Shown piece after piece: positions 50,647 to 61,205 of a stretch of DNA of 64,000 bases; within the stretch, counting starts at the first letter, position 1; the number at the start of each line of letters is the position of its first letter. The translations under genes and the position numbers were made by a program. The stretch is from an uncultured Planctomycetaceae bacterium (GTDB lineage: Bacteria > Planctomycetota > Planctomycetia > Planctomycetales > Planctomycetaceae). The notes under the pieces were generated by a model. The model did no database searches. It saw nothing but the letters and a program-made list of their open reading frames with translations, and was not told the DNA's origin. Location of the stretch: the NCBI GenBank assembly GCA_963815195.1, contig CAWFGE010000018.1:96001-160000 (forward strand), given 5' to 3'.

Positions 50647-52057
50647 TCACGCCAGGATGTCGTGGAGCACGCGGCCATACACGTCGGTCAACCGGAAATC
50701 CCGGCCGGCGTAGCGGTAAGTCAGCCGTTTGTGATCCAGTCCTAAGAGATGCAGCATCGTCGCGTGGAGGTCGTGGGCGCTCACCGGGTTCTCCACGGCT
50801 TTGAAGCCGAACTCATCGGTGGCCCCATACACGCTGCCGCCTTTGATGCCGCCGCCCGCGAGCCAGACGCTAAAGCCGTAATGGTTGTGATCCCGCCCCT
50901 GCTTGGGGTTGCCGTTGCCCGCGAGTTCCACCGTCGGCGTGCGGCCGAACTCGCCGCCCCAGAGCACCAAGGTGTCTTCGAACATTCCGCGCTGCTTGAG
51001 GTCGGTGAGCAACGCCGCGATCGGGCCGTCCAATTCGTTCGCGAGTCGGCGGTGGTTGCCCGCGATGTTGTCGTGATTGTCCCAAGGTTGCCCCGCCCCG
51101 TGCCAAAGCTGCACGTAACGCACGCCCCGCTCCAGAAGCCGGCGGGCGATCAACGTTTGCCGGCCGTGCACGCCGTCGCCGTACATCTTTTGAATGTGCG
51201 CCGGTTCCCGCGCCAGATCGAACGCCTCGGCCGCATCCTGCTGCATGCGGAAGGCGAGTTCATAAGACTGAATCCGAGCTTCGAGCCGGTCGTCCAACCG
51301 CTCCGCCTGATGCTGGGCGTTCCACCGGGCGAGCAGATTGAGTTGCCGCCGCTGATCGCTTCGGCTGATGTGCGGATGCTCGATGTTTTCGATCAATTTC
51401 GCAAGTTCGCGGTGCTTGGAATCGATGTAGGTCCCTTGATAAGCCCCCGGCAGAAACGCCGACTGCCAGTTTTCGTTGTCCTTGATGGGAAGGCCCCCCG
51501 GACACATCGCGACGAAGCCGGGCAGATCCTGGTTCAAGGTCCCGAGCCCATAGAGCACCCAGGCCCCCATGCTCGGCCGCGTCTGCACCGAGTCGCCGCA
51601 GTTCATGAGCATCAAAGACGGTTCGTGATTGGGGACCTCGGCGTGCATCGAGCGGATCACGGCGATGTCGTCAATGTGCTCGGCCGTCTTCGCGAAAATC
51701 TCGCTCACGGGAATCCCCGACTGCGCCGTACTTTTTGAACTGGAACGGCGAAGGGAACGCCGCCCCGGTTTTGCGTTCGGTCGTCAAGGTTTCGCCCAAG
51801 GGCTTGCCGGCGTGTTTTTCCAGCATCGGCTTGGGGTCGAAGGTATCCACATGCGACGGGCCGCCGTTTAAGAAAAAGTGAATCACCCGCTTCGCCCGCC
51901 CCGGAAAATGCGGCCGCTTAGAATCCAAAGGCCCCGCGTTTTCCCCTTCCGCCGCCGACAACCGCCCATCGTCCTCGAGCACCCCACAAAGTCCCAAGGC
52001 CCCAATCCCCAATGCAGATCGCTTGAGGATGTCCCGGCGGTTTAGGGAATATTGCAT
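50647..52057 (-). CDS. DUF1501 protein (Tat-exported); frameshift near 51724
   Basis: NRRDIL, AKRVIHFFLNGGPSHVDTFDPKP, then GGEFGRTP, GRDHN; removing one base at ggc(g)cag joins ORFs 51671-52222 and 50647-51708. Confidence 0.88.
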
Positions 52058-52435
52058 CGCGGGCCTCTTTATGCTGCGGGTTGGTCGTTCATTGTGATAG
52101 GACGCGCTGGCAACGAGATGACCTTGCGGGCTGCCTGCTTCTGCCGTTTTCGCAAATCGCTGGAACTCGCGGAATAATCCTGGCGATACCGCCGGATTTC
52201 TTCGACGATGGAATGTTGCCACATGGATTAGTCCTCCACGAGTTGTTGCGGTGTGCAGATCGTGGGTGGGGGCGACTGCTAAGATTTCACTATAACCAAT
52301 TCGCTCTTTGTGAGACAGCGGTCAGGCAACTCTCTCATTTCGCCGATCATGTCATTGATTTTCTAAGAGGCCAAGTGTAATATAAGCATCGTATCAACCA
52401 CCCCCCGTGCGGGACAGAATCAATTGGCTATGGCG

Positions 52436-52475
52436 GCCCCTCGATGCGAGAATCGCGTCGCGGGGCTTTTTTTTT
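52436..52475 (+). terminator. Intrinsic-terminator-like hairpin with long T-tract
   Basis: gcccc-tcgatgcg..cgcgtcg-cggggc followed by nine T. Confidence 0.55.
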
Positions 52476-52528
52476 GGATGGGACCAGCCGGCCTGAGGCG
52501 GTTCCCGGAGGTTTCTAGGGAGAGAACG

Positions 52529-52735
52529 ATGGTCATTCTCAAAGAAAGAAAAATGTCCATCTTTGTGGACAAATCGATGCAGCAGTGGATCGTGCGGGAT
52601 GCGGAGGGGAGGTTTTGGATTGTCCCGGCCGACGAGGAAGGTTGGAAGCAGCGCGAACCGTTTACCCCCACCGAAGAAACCGAACTCGAACCGGTGCCGG
52701 GGCATTACCACTACCTGTTGGGGCTGCCGCGCTGA
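52529..52735 (+). CDS. Small hypothetical protein (68 aa)
   Basis: GGAGA RBS; IFVDKSMQQWIVRDAEGRFW..ELEPVPGHYHYLLGLP looks like a natural protein. Confidence 0.65.
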   Translation: MVILKERKMSIFVDKSMQQWIVRDAEGRFWIVPADEEGWKQREPFTPTEETELEPVPGHYHYLLGLPR

Positions 52736-52771
52736 TTCGGACGCGACGCCGGTTTGGAAAGCGAGACTCGG

Positions 52772-55519
52772 ATGACAGCGGAACATCAACGGCTAGATGA
52801 AGCCGGCGCGCAGAAAGTTCCTTGGAAGAAATGGGGGCCGTATCTCAGCGAGCGGCAGTGGGGGACGGTCCGCGAGGACTATAGCGAAGGCGGCGACGCC
52901 TGGAATTATTTCACGCACGACCAGGCCCGCTCCCGGGCTTACCGGTGGGGCGAGGATGGACTCGCAGGCTTCTCCGACGACCAGCAGCGGCTGTGTTTCG
53001 CGCTGGCTCTTTGGAACGGGAACGACCCGATCCTCAAAGAACGCCTGTTCGGCCTGACCAACAGCGAAAGCAATCACGGGGAGGATGTCAAAGAGTACTA
53101 CTTCTACCTCGACAGCACGCCCACGCACTCCTATATGAAGTACCTCTATAAATACCCGCAGGCCGCATTTCCCTATGTGGACCTGGTCAACACCAGCAAA
53201 CGGCGGGGACGGAATGAGTTCGAATACGAACTGCTCGACACGGGCGTCTTTAACGAAGACCGTTATTTCGACGTGTTCGTCGAGTATGCCAAACAGTCTC
53301 CGGAAGACATTCTGATACAGATCACCATCCATAACCGCGGCCCGGACGATGCGAATCTGCACGTCCTACCGACACTGTGGTTCCGCAATCAATGGTCCTG
53401 GCATGGGAGCGTCGATCGTCCCATCTTGCAGGTTGCTTCGCCGGCTCCCGGACAGAATGTCGTCGAAGCCGCCGATCCCCTGCTCGGAAAATACTACCTT
53501 TCCTGCGAGGGCGAGGCTGCGTTGCTGTTTACGGAAAACGAGACCAACACCCAGCAGATTTTCGGCGTCCCCAATCGTACGCCTTACGTCAAAGACAGCA
53601 TCGACAGTTACATCGTGCACGGCCTGGAGGAGGCGGTGAACCGCGAACAAAAGGGCACGAAAGTCGCCGCGGATTACCGGCTCACCGTGCCCGCGCACGG
53701 TTCGCAGATCGTTCGCTTGCGGTTGTCGAACCGTTCGCCGGCCGCGGAAGGCAACGGAAAAAAACAGACGCCGTTCGGAAGCGATTACGAGGACACGCTC
53801 CAGGCGCGCCGCGATGAGGCGGACGAGTTTTATCAATCCGTGATTCCCGGATCCTTAAACGCCGACGAGGCCAATGTGATGCGCCAGGCGCTGGCGGGGA
53901 TGCTGTGGAGCAAGCAGTTCTATCACTACGACGTGGACAAATGGCTCGAAGAGCGCGGTTCCGACCCGTTCAAGCCGGCCCGCAAGCAGGCGCCGCGGAA
54001 CGACCACTGGCACCACATGTATAACGGCGACATCATCTCGATGCCCGACAAATGGGAATACCCCTGGTACGCGGCGTGGGATCTGGCGTTTCACGTGCTC
54101 GCCCTCACGCTGGTCGACCCCGAGTTCGGCAAGGAACAGCTCAAGTTGATGGTCCGCGAACGGTACATGCACCCCAACGGACAAATCCCGGCTTACGAGT
54201 GGAACTTCGGCGACGTCAACCCGCCGGTGCATGCCTGGTCCACGATTTTCACCTACCGATTGGAGAAGGGCCAAAAAGGCGAAGGCGACCGCGATTGGCT
54301 GAAGAGCTGTTTTCAGAAGCTGTTGCTCAATTTTACCTGGTGGGTCAATCGCAAGGACCGCACGGGCCGAAATGTGTTTGAAGGCGGCTTTTTGGGTTTG
54401 GATAACATCGGCGTCTTCGACCGCAGCGCGCCCTTGCCGACCGGGGGCTACTTGGAGCAGGCTGACGGAACCGCGTGGATGGCGCTCTTCTGCCAGAACA
54501 TGCTGGAGATCGCCGCGGAACTGGCGATGACCGATCCCGATTACGCAGACATGGCCCTCAAATTCGTGGAACACTTCCTGTGGATCGCCTCGGCCATGAG
54601 TCATCTGGGCGGCGAAACCGAGATGTGGGACGAAGAGGACGGCTTTTACTACGATGTGCTCCGGCTTCCCAACGGCCGGGCGCAACGGCTCAAAGTGCGC
54701 TCGATGGTGGGACTCCTGCCTTTGTGTGCCGCCACCGTCTTCGATGGGAAACTCATCCCAAAATACCCCGAGTTGGCGGCGCGGCTGCGTTGGTTCCTTG
54801 AAACTCGCCCGGAGTTATGTGCCGCGATCCACGATCCCAGAAAACCGGGAGTGGCCGGCCGGATGCTGGCTTCGATCCTTGACGAAACCAAGCTCCGCCG
54901 AGTGCTGGCGAAAATGCTGGATGAGAAGGAGTTTCTCAGTCCCTACGGGATTCGCTCTTTGTCCCGCTACCATGCCGACCATCCCTATGTCATGCACGCC
55001 GGCGGCCAGGAATACCGGGTGACTTACCTGCCCGCCGAGTCGGACACGGGCATGTTCGGCGGAAACTCCAACTGGCGCGGGCCGATCTGGATGCCAGTCA
55101 ACGCCCTCATCATCCGAGCACTGATCCAATACTATCACTATTACGGCAACGATTTTACCGTGGAATGCCCCACCGGCTCGGGCCGGCAAATGAATCTGTA
55201 TCAGGTCGCCGAGGAAATCTCGCGGCGACTCGCCAGCATCTTCCTGAAAGACAAAAACGGGCGGCGCCCGGTTTACGGCGGAACCCAAAAGTTCCAGGAA
55301 GACCAGCACTGGCGCGACTACCTGCAGTTCTTCGAATACTTCCACGGGGATAACGGGGCCGGCCTGGGCGCGAACCATCAGACCGGCTGGACGGGAGTCG
55401 TCGCCCGGACGATGCACCTGTTCGCGACCATGAAGCCGGAAGTGATTCTGGCGGGCAAGTACGCCTACTTTGAACCGCAAACCAAACCCGCGGCCGCCGC
55501 TCCTTCGACGGCTCACTAA
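52772..55519 (+). CDS. GH63 / MGH1-like glucosidase
   Basis: WGPYLSERQWGTVREDYS, SMPDKWEYPWYAAWD, GGFLGLDN, EYFHGDNGAGLGANHQTGWT. Confidence 0.92.
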   Translation: MTAEHQRLDEAGAQKVPWKKWGPYLSERQWGTVREDYSEGGDAWNYFTHDQARSRAYRWGEDGLAGFSDDQQRLCFALALWNGNDPILKERLFGLTNSESNHGEDVKEYYFYLDSTPTHSYMKYLYKYPQAAFPYVDLVNTSKRRGRNEFEYELLDTGVFNEDRYFDVFVEYAKQSPEDILIQITIHNRGPDDANLHVLPTLWFRNQWSWHGSVDRPILQVASPAPGQNVVEAADPLLGKYYLSCEGEAALLFTENETNTQQIFGVPNRTPYVKDSIDSYIVHGLEEAVNREQKGTKVAADYRLTVPAHGSQIVRLRLSNRSPAAEGNGKKQTPFGSDYEDTLQARRDEADEFYQSVIPGSLNADEANVMRQALAGMLWSKQFYHYDVDKWLEERGSDPFKPARKQAPRNDHWHHMYNGDIISMPDKWEYPWYAAWDLAFHVLALTLVDPEFGKEQLKLMVRERYMHPNGQIPAYEWNFGDVNPPVHAWSTIFTYRLEKGQKGEGDRDWLKSCFQKLLLNFTWWVNRKDRTGRNVFEGGFLGLDNIGVFDRSAPLPTGGYLEQADGTAWMALFCQNMLEIAAELAMTDPDYADMALKFVEHFLWIASAMSHLGGETEMWDEEDGFYYDVLRLPNGRAQRLKVRSMVGLLPLCAATVFDGKLIPKYPELAARLRWFLETRPELCAAIHDPRKPGVAGRMLASILDETKLRRVLAKMLDEKEFLSPYGIRSLSRYHADHPYVMHAGGQEYRVTYLPAESDTGMFGGNSNWRGPIWMPVNALIIRALIQYYHYYGNDFTVECPTGSGRQMNLYQVAEEISRRLASIFLKDKNGRRPVYGGTQKFQEDQHWRDYLQFFEYFHGDNGAGLGANHQTGWTGVVARTMHLFATMKPEVILAGKYAYFEPQTKPAAAAPSTAH

Positions 55520-55619
55520 CCTGCGTTGACAAACCCAGCCGCCGATGAACGCGTACCAACGAAGAGCAGAGGCGTCACACACGGCAACGGTCAAGTGCCC
55601 GCGTCCGGAGTTCTCGTGA

Positions 55620-56297
55620 ATGGCCATTGTGGAAGGACCGCCGCCAGCCCCGCCGCGGGTCGTCGCTGTGAGCGGCATGATCTTCGCCACCCTGTATATC
55701 GCCAGTCTCGTGTTCGCTCGGCTCGCCGTTCCGGCCGATCCGGCGGAGGCCGGCACTTGGCTTGCCAATCCCGGATTCAGGAGTTGGGTCCATTTTGCAC
55801 TCAACGTGATTCCATTCACGGGAATTGCGTTCCTCTGGTTTATGGGGGTCCTGCGCAACCGGATCGGCGGCCGCGAAGATCGCTTCCTGGCGACGGTGTT
55901 TCTCGGCAGCGGCTTCTTGTTTGTCGGGATGCTGTTCGTCACCGCCGCGACCTCTCAGGCTTTATTGGATACGTTTGGCACCGAGGACAGCCGCCCGGAC
56001 CGGAGCGAAACCTATGCAGTCGGTCGTGCGATGAGCTACGCGCTCATGAATACGTTCGCCGTGAAGATGGCGGCCGTGTTCATCATCGTCACCTCTTCGA
56101 TCGGTCTGCAGACGGCCGTTTTTCCCCGCTGGATGGCGATGGTCGGCTATATGCTGGCGTTGGTGATGTTGCTGACAATTTCTGGCTTCGCCTGGATCGC
56201 GCTGGCGTTTCCCGTGTGGGTGCTTCTGTTAAGCGCATACATCCTGGTCACCGACTTTGGCCGGTATCGCCAGATGAACACGACGGCCAAGCCATAG
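55620..56297 (+). CDS. Integral membrane hypothetical protein (~6 TM)
   Basis: Multiple hydrophobic helices; GIAFLWFMGVLR, EDRFLATVFLGSG. Confidence 0.75.
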   Translation: MAIVEGPPPAPPRVVAVSGMIFATLYIASLVFARLAVPADPAEAGTWLANPGFRSWVHFALNVIPFTGIAFLWFMGVLRNRIGGREDRFLATVFLGSGFLFVGMLFVTAATSQALLDTFGTEDSRPDRSETYAVGRAMSYALMNTFAVKMAAVFIIVTSSIGLQTAVFPRWMAMVGYMLALVMLLTISGFAWIALAFPVWVLLLSAYILVTDFGRYRQMNTTAKP

Positions 56298-56397
56298 CGA
56301 TCGAAGGAGGGCAGCAGAGTGGGTATTACTTGGGCCAATCTGACGCAATTCGCTCAGAAATAGACAAAAATCCATAAAAACAAAGGACCACGCGAAT

Positions 56398-57867
56398 ATG
56401 GGAACGATCCGCTACCCATCCCTCTACCAGATCAACACCCGCGTCTTGATGACGGAACTGTCTCGGCAACTCGGACGGCCCGCGACACTGGATGATATCC
56501 CCGATGCCGAGTTGGACCGTCTGGCCGCGATGGGTTTTGATTGGATTTGGATGCTGAGCGTCTGGCAAACGGGATTGGCGGGACAGAAGATTTCGCGGAG
56601 CAATCCGGATTGGCGCCACGAGTTTGAAGACACCCTGCCCGACCTCAAGGATGGAGACATCGCCGGCTCCGGGTTTGCGATTGCCGGCTATACCGTGCAC
56701 AAAAAATTGGGTGGGGATGAAGCTCTCGGCCGATTTCGCGAGCGGCTCAGAGCCAGGCACCTGAAGTTAATGCTCGATTTCGTCCCCAACCACATGGCCC
56801 TCGACCATCCTTGGGTCGATGACCATCCGGAGTATTTTATACGCGGGTATGACGCAGATCTCGCGCGGGCCCCAAAGAACTATACCTGGATCAAACGGCC
56901 GCAAGGGGATTTGCTGCTGGCGCACGGGCGGGATCCGTTTTTCCCCGGCTGGCCCGATACATTGCAGCTCAACTACGGCAACCCCGCCACGCAGGAAGCC
57001 ATGATCGGCGAACTCGTCAAGATCGCCGGGCAATGCGACGGCGTCCGCTGCGACATGGCCATGCTGGTCTTGCCCGAAGTCTTCGAGAGAACCTGGGGCA
57101 TCGCGTCAAAACCATTCTGGCCGAAAGCCACGAAAAAAGTTCGCGAGCAGGTGCCGGGCTTCTGCTTCATGGCCGAGGTCTATTGGGATCTGGAATGGAC
57201 TCTTCAACAACAGGGCTTCGATTACACCTACGATAAACGGCTTTACGATCGACTCCGCGATCAACACGCCGGGGCCGTTCGCGCCCATTTTCTTGCGGGT
57301 CTCGATTACCAAAACAAATTGGCCCGCTTTCTCGAAAATCACGATGAACCGCGGGCCGCGGCCACGTTCCCACCCGGGGTCCACGAAGCGGCCGCCGCCA
57401 TCACGTTTCTCTCGCCGGGCCTTAGGTTTTTTCACCAGGGACAATTCGAGGGGCGAAAGAAACGCATCTCTCCGCATCTGGTCCGCGCCCCGCACGAACC
57501 GGCGAATGCCAGCCTGCAAAAGTTTTACGAGCAACTCCTGAATGTGCTAAACCAGCCGATGTTAAAAGAAGGCCGGTGGCAGTTGCTGGACTCTTTCCCT
57601 GCCTGGCAAGGCAACGCGACGAACGAATGTTTTATCGCCTTTGCCTGGCAGGCCGACGGTGGCCGCATGATCGTCGCGGTCAACTATGCCGCACATCAAA
57701 GCCAGTGTTCCCTCAGGCTTCCCTGGAACGACTTCGGCGGGAAAACCTGGCGTTTGGAAGACCGGTTCAGTTCCGATGTCTATGACCGAGCCGGCGACGA
57801 TCTGCAATCCGGCGGACTTTACTTGGATATGAAACCGTGGCAATTAGCCGCCTACACCCTTGCTTGA
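56398..57867 (+). CDS. Alpha-amylase family (GH13) glycosidase
   Basis: LDFVPNH, DGVRCDMA, FMAEVYW, FLENHD. Confidence 0.9.
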   Translation: MGTIRYPSLYQINTRVLMTELSRQLGRPATLDDIPDAELDRLAAMGFDWIWMLSVWQTGLAGQKISRSNPDWRHEFEDTLPDLKDGDIAGSGFAIAGYTVHKKLGGDEALGRFRERLRARHLKLMLDFVPNHMALDHPWVDDHPEYFIRGYDADLARAPKNYTWIKRPQGDLLLAHGRDPFFPGWPDTLQLNYGNPATQEAMIGELVKIAGQCDGVRCDMAMLVLPEVFERTWGIASKPFWPKATKKVREQVPGFCFMAEVYWDLEWTLQQQGFDYTYDKRLYDRLRDQHAGAVRAHFLAGLDYQNKLARFLENHDEPRAAATFPPGVHEAAAAITFLSPGLRFFHQGQFEGRKKRISPHLVRAPHEPANASLQKFYEQLLNVLNQPMLKEGRWQLLDSFPAWQGNATNECFIAFAWQADGGRMIVAVNYAAHQSQCSLRLPWNDFGGKTWRLEDRFSSDVYDRAGDDLQSGGLYLDMKPWQLAAYTLA

Positions 57868-58044
57868 CCGACTCGGCTCATCGTCGGATCTCCGCGAACT
57901 TGCTGGCCCAAGACCACCGCAACCCGCTCCGTTAGAACCGGTTCCATCGAGCGGCATTTCCGAGCCCGTGTTGACAGCAGAAACGATGTCGAGGAAACTG
58001 TTAAAATCAGCCTCGAAACGTCTCTTGATCCCGGAATTTTTCGC

Positions 58045-59454
58045 ATGTCACGCGCACCGGAACACGATAGTTGCCCCGAGTTTCAACGCCTGGCTTCCAC
58101 CCGGCGGGAGTGGCTCAAAGCGGGGGTGCTGGGGACGCTCGGCGTGACGTTGGGCGACGTGCTGAAGCTTTCCGCCGAGACCGAATCCGTCCGGCGTTCG
58201 CCGGTGAAATCGATCATCGTCCTGCAAAAATACGGGGCGCCAAGCCACATCGATACCTGGGACATGAAGCCCAACGCCCCAGTGGAGATTCGCGGCGAGT
58301 TTAAGCCCATCCCCACCGCGATTCCGGGCTATGTCGTCTCCGAGCACATGCCCCGGTCCGCGAAGCACGTCGGCAAAATGACCATCGTCCGGTCCTTCGG
58401 ACATACCGTCGCGAACCACAACCCGGCCACCTATTTCATGCTGACCGGCCGGACCAGCACCGCCGACGTGGTTCAAGTCGGAGCCAAGCCCGACGATTGG
58501 CCCAACCCCGGCGCGGCGGTCGCGAAACTCCGTCCCGGCAACGGCAAACTGCCCGAGTCCGTGATCCTCCCGCACCTGTGCTACGATCAGGTCTATACCT
58601 GCCCCGGGCAGTTCGGCGGAATGCTCGGCAAGTCGTACGATCCCTTCATCGTCGACCAGGATCCCAATCGGCCCGATTTTTCCGTCAAGACCTTGGAGCT
58701 GCGGCAGGGCATTTCCATCTCGCAGCTCAACAGCCGGCGGGAACTGCTCAAACAGATCGACCGCCAGCACCGGCACGTGGCGAACACGGCTGCGGTCGCG
58801 GGGATGGACCAATACTACGAGCGGGCCTGGTCGATGTTGACCTCGCCGGAAGCCAAGCGGGCCTTCGACATTCACCAGGAACCCGCCGAGGTTCGCGAGC
58901 GTTACGGCCGAAACAAAGTCGGCCAGAGCATGCTCTTGGCCCGGCGGTTGGTCGAAGCCGGCGTGCGGTTTGTGACTTGCTATCACGGATTGAATCCCGG
59001 CGACAACACCGGCTGGGACACGCACCGCGACAACTTCAACGGCCTCAAAAACCGCCTGCTCCCGCCGGACGAGCAGGGCTTCGATGCGCTGATTACCGAT
59101 CTGGAAGAGCGGGGATTATTGGAATCCACCTTGATCGTGTGGTGCGGCGAGTTCGGCCGCAGTCCCCGCATCGGCAAAGCCGACGTGACCAAACGCATCG
59201 CCCCCGCCGGCCGGGACCATTGGCCGTTCGCGTATTCGATCGCCCTCATCGGCGGCGGCGTGAAACAGGGATCCCTTTGCGGACAGACCGACAAGATCGG
59301 AGCCTACCCCGTCGGCCGGCCCTACAAGCCGGGCGACCTCGCGGCCACCATGTTCTGGGCCTTGGGCATCGACCCCGCCACGGAAATCCACGACCAACTC
59401 GGCCGCCCCTTCAAACTCGCCGAAGGCCGCCCGGCAACGGAATGGTTCGCGTGA
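58045..59454 (+). CDS. DUF1501 protein (Tat-exported)
   Basis: TRREWL, GAPSHIDTWDMKP, WDTH, GEFGRSP, GRDHWP. Confidence 0.9.
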   Translation: MSRAPEHDSCPEFQRLASTRREWLKAGVLGTLGVTLGDVLKLSAETESVRRSPVKSIIVLQKYGAPSHIDTWDMKPNAPVEIRGEFKPIPTAIPGYVVSEHMPRSAKHVGKMTIVRSFGHTVANHNPATYFMLTGRTSTADVVQVGAKPDDWPNPGAAVAKLRPGNGKLPESVILPHLCYDQVYTCPGQFGGMLGKSYDPFIVDQDPNRPDFSVKTLELRQGISISQLNSRRELLKQIDRQHRHVANTAAVAGMDQYYERAWSMLTSPEAKRAFDIHQEPAEVRERYGRNKVGQSMLLARRLVEAGVRFVTCYHGLNPGDNTGWDTHRDNFNGLKNRLLPPDEQGFDALITDLEERGLLESTLIVWCGEFGRSPRIGKADVTKRIAPAGRDHWPFAYSIALIGGGVKQGSLCGQTDKIGAYPVGRPYKPGDLAATMFWALGIDPATEIHDQLGRPFKLAEGRPATEWFA

Positions 59455-59480
59455 TGCAAAGGATTGGCTGACCGTGAATC

Positions 59481-59942
59481 CTATTGCTTGTCCGTAGAGC
59501 CAATATCAAAGCGAGCTAATCGAATCTTGAACTCCGCTCTCTCGATCGCGGACATCTCGCCATCGTGTGTGATGGCTTGGTCAATCTCCCGAAGCATGTC
59601 CACGATTGATTGCAATGCTCGTTTTTCTCTTCGATACAATATGAGGGACATATTGCGCAATATGATGCAGGTGGCGAACAACATGGCAGAATAGAGGAAG
59701 AGCAATACGCTAAAAAGCATCGCAATACGTGGTTCAGGAGAGTCGAATAAAAGCAGAAAGATACCGACGCCCGCTACCCCGATGGTGACGAATGTTCCAA
59801 AAACTGAGGTGAAAAATATTCTGCGATCAAATCCTTCGCAGCGATCCTGCAATTTCTCTGCAAGCTCTAGCAATTTCTCAGCATCTCTGCTGAGCGGATT
59901 CCGCTCTTGTTTTTCTTCGAATTGGTGCTCGACTAGCGACAT
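59481..59942 (-). CDS. Two-TM membrane protein with helical termini
   Basis: Two hydrophobic helices; GAGG RBS directly after the GTPase stop; AT-richer than flanks. Confidence 0.7.
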   Translation of the reverse strand: MSLVEHQFEEKQERNPLSRDAEKLLELAEKLQDRCEGFDRRIFFTSVFGTFVTIGVAGVGIFLLLFDSPEPRIAMLFSVLLFLYSAMLFATCIILRNMSLILYRREKRALQSIVDMLREIDQAITHDGEMSAIERAEFKIRLARFDIGSTDKQ

Positions 59943-59955
59943 GGCAGCACCTCTG

Positions 59956-60753
59956 TTAGTTGCGAAAGCTCTTCAAGCGATCCAGGAATTGGGCGAGTAA
60001 GGTGTCTCTTTGATCGATGCCAAACTGCGGCTCGACGGTTTTTCCGTTCCATTCGAATTGCTGTGGATAGGCACACACCGGGAGGAGTTCCCAACGGTAA
60101 TTATCGCGGCCCACCTGATCGCGGAGCTCCATCAACTTCTGATGAAACTTCCCCGTCGGATCGGCGTATCGATTCTTTGCCTCTTCATCCTTATCGGCAT
60201 ACAAATCCACCTTATCTAACGCGATCACCATCCACGTGGGTTTATGAAATCTGCGGTGAGATTGCCGAATGGCTTCACACGTCGATTCCAAGTCCTCCAA
60301 TTCTCTCTTTCGCTGGTAATTGAGGAATTTCGTGATGGTGTTGATTTTGTGGTCTTCAATCAGGATCCGTTTCGAAGACTCCTCTCGAATGATCGAGTAG
60401 CCAAAGCTGACAACATGGATCACCCCGTCGATCGGAGTTTTCCCTTGAAAAACCTCTTCGATGGCGCAATACCTCGGATTGGAATTCTGGCCCGGAATGA
60501 CGTGCAAGACAATCCTTTTATCACCCTCAACCTTTCCCTTCTCCAATTTTTGCGACCGGTGAGGGAGTTGGTAACCGGGTTTTTCTGATTTTCGCGTCAG
60601 ATGATCGAAAAGGACCGTTTTGCCCACGCCCTCCATCCCGGTGAAGGCAATTGTCGTCTTCTTCCCCAATGCCCAATCCAGTCCGCCGGATAGCATTTCT
60701 CCGAGCGTTTTCCGATTCTGGTAGGCTTCGACGACGGCCTTAATCCAACCCAC
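59956..60753 (-). CDS. P-loop GTPase-like protein (TRAFAC-like)
   Basis: G1 GMEGVGKT, G3-like VIPGQ, G4-like DKVD, G5-like VCA; GTG start at 60753 with GGAG upstream (ORF extends to 60840). Confidence 0.7.
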   Translation of the reverse strand: MGWIKAVVEAYQNRKTLGEMLSGGLDWALGKKTTIAFTGMEGVGKTVLFDHLTRKSEKPGYQLPHRSQKLEKGKVEGDKRIVLHVIPGQNSNPRYCAIEEVFQGKTPIDGVIHVVSFGYSIIREESSKRILIEDHKINTITKFLNYQRKRELEDLESTCEAIRQSHRRFHKPTWMVIALDKVDLYADKDEEAKNRYADPTGKFHQKLMELRDQVGRDNYRWELLPVCAYPQQFEWNGKTVEPQFGIDQRDTLLAQFLDRLKSFRN

Positions 60754-61205
60754 GTTTTCGCGCTCCGAAAGAGACGAAGGTCCACAAACTCTACGAGAAA
60801 GTGTAGCGAAATCCTTGCCTGTTGGCACGATCAATCCCATTTCGGATTCGCCTCTCGCCCAGCAATCGGGCCGGGCGAGGCGGCATCAGCGTGTCTGGAG
60901 GTTTGCGCTCGCTGTTAACCCCCGATGTGGGCGGGTTACACCCTTTCCCGGTGGTCGAATCCCGGGAAGGTCCGGTGGTAGGAGTTCCGCGCGATGGGAT
61001 GGGGGTTTTGGCGAGAATTCGCCCGCGGGAAGAATCTGAAGGGAACAAAACCAAACATTTGGCGTTCCGGCGCACTGTGTGCATTAGAGTCCCGCCATCA
61101 ACAACCGGTTGATTGAAAGTGCGACACCTCCTCCAGAATTCGCGCGCGGAAGAAGTGCCGCCGGGTTTGATGACTATTCAACAAGTTAACACAGGAAAAA
61201 TCAAA

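Noticed and set aside
60876..60972. ggtcgaatccc resembling a tRNA T-loop / att site next to the AT-rich islet, and a weak riboswitch-like gcgcaaacctcc on the minus strand
   Set aside because: No cloverleaf, T-loop lacks a base, no duplicated att core at the other islet end; only a simple hairpin is supported
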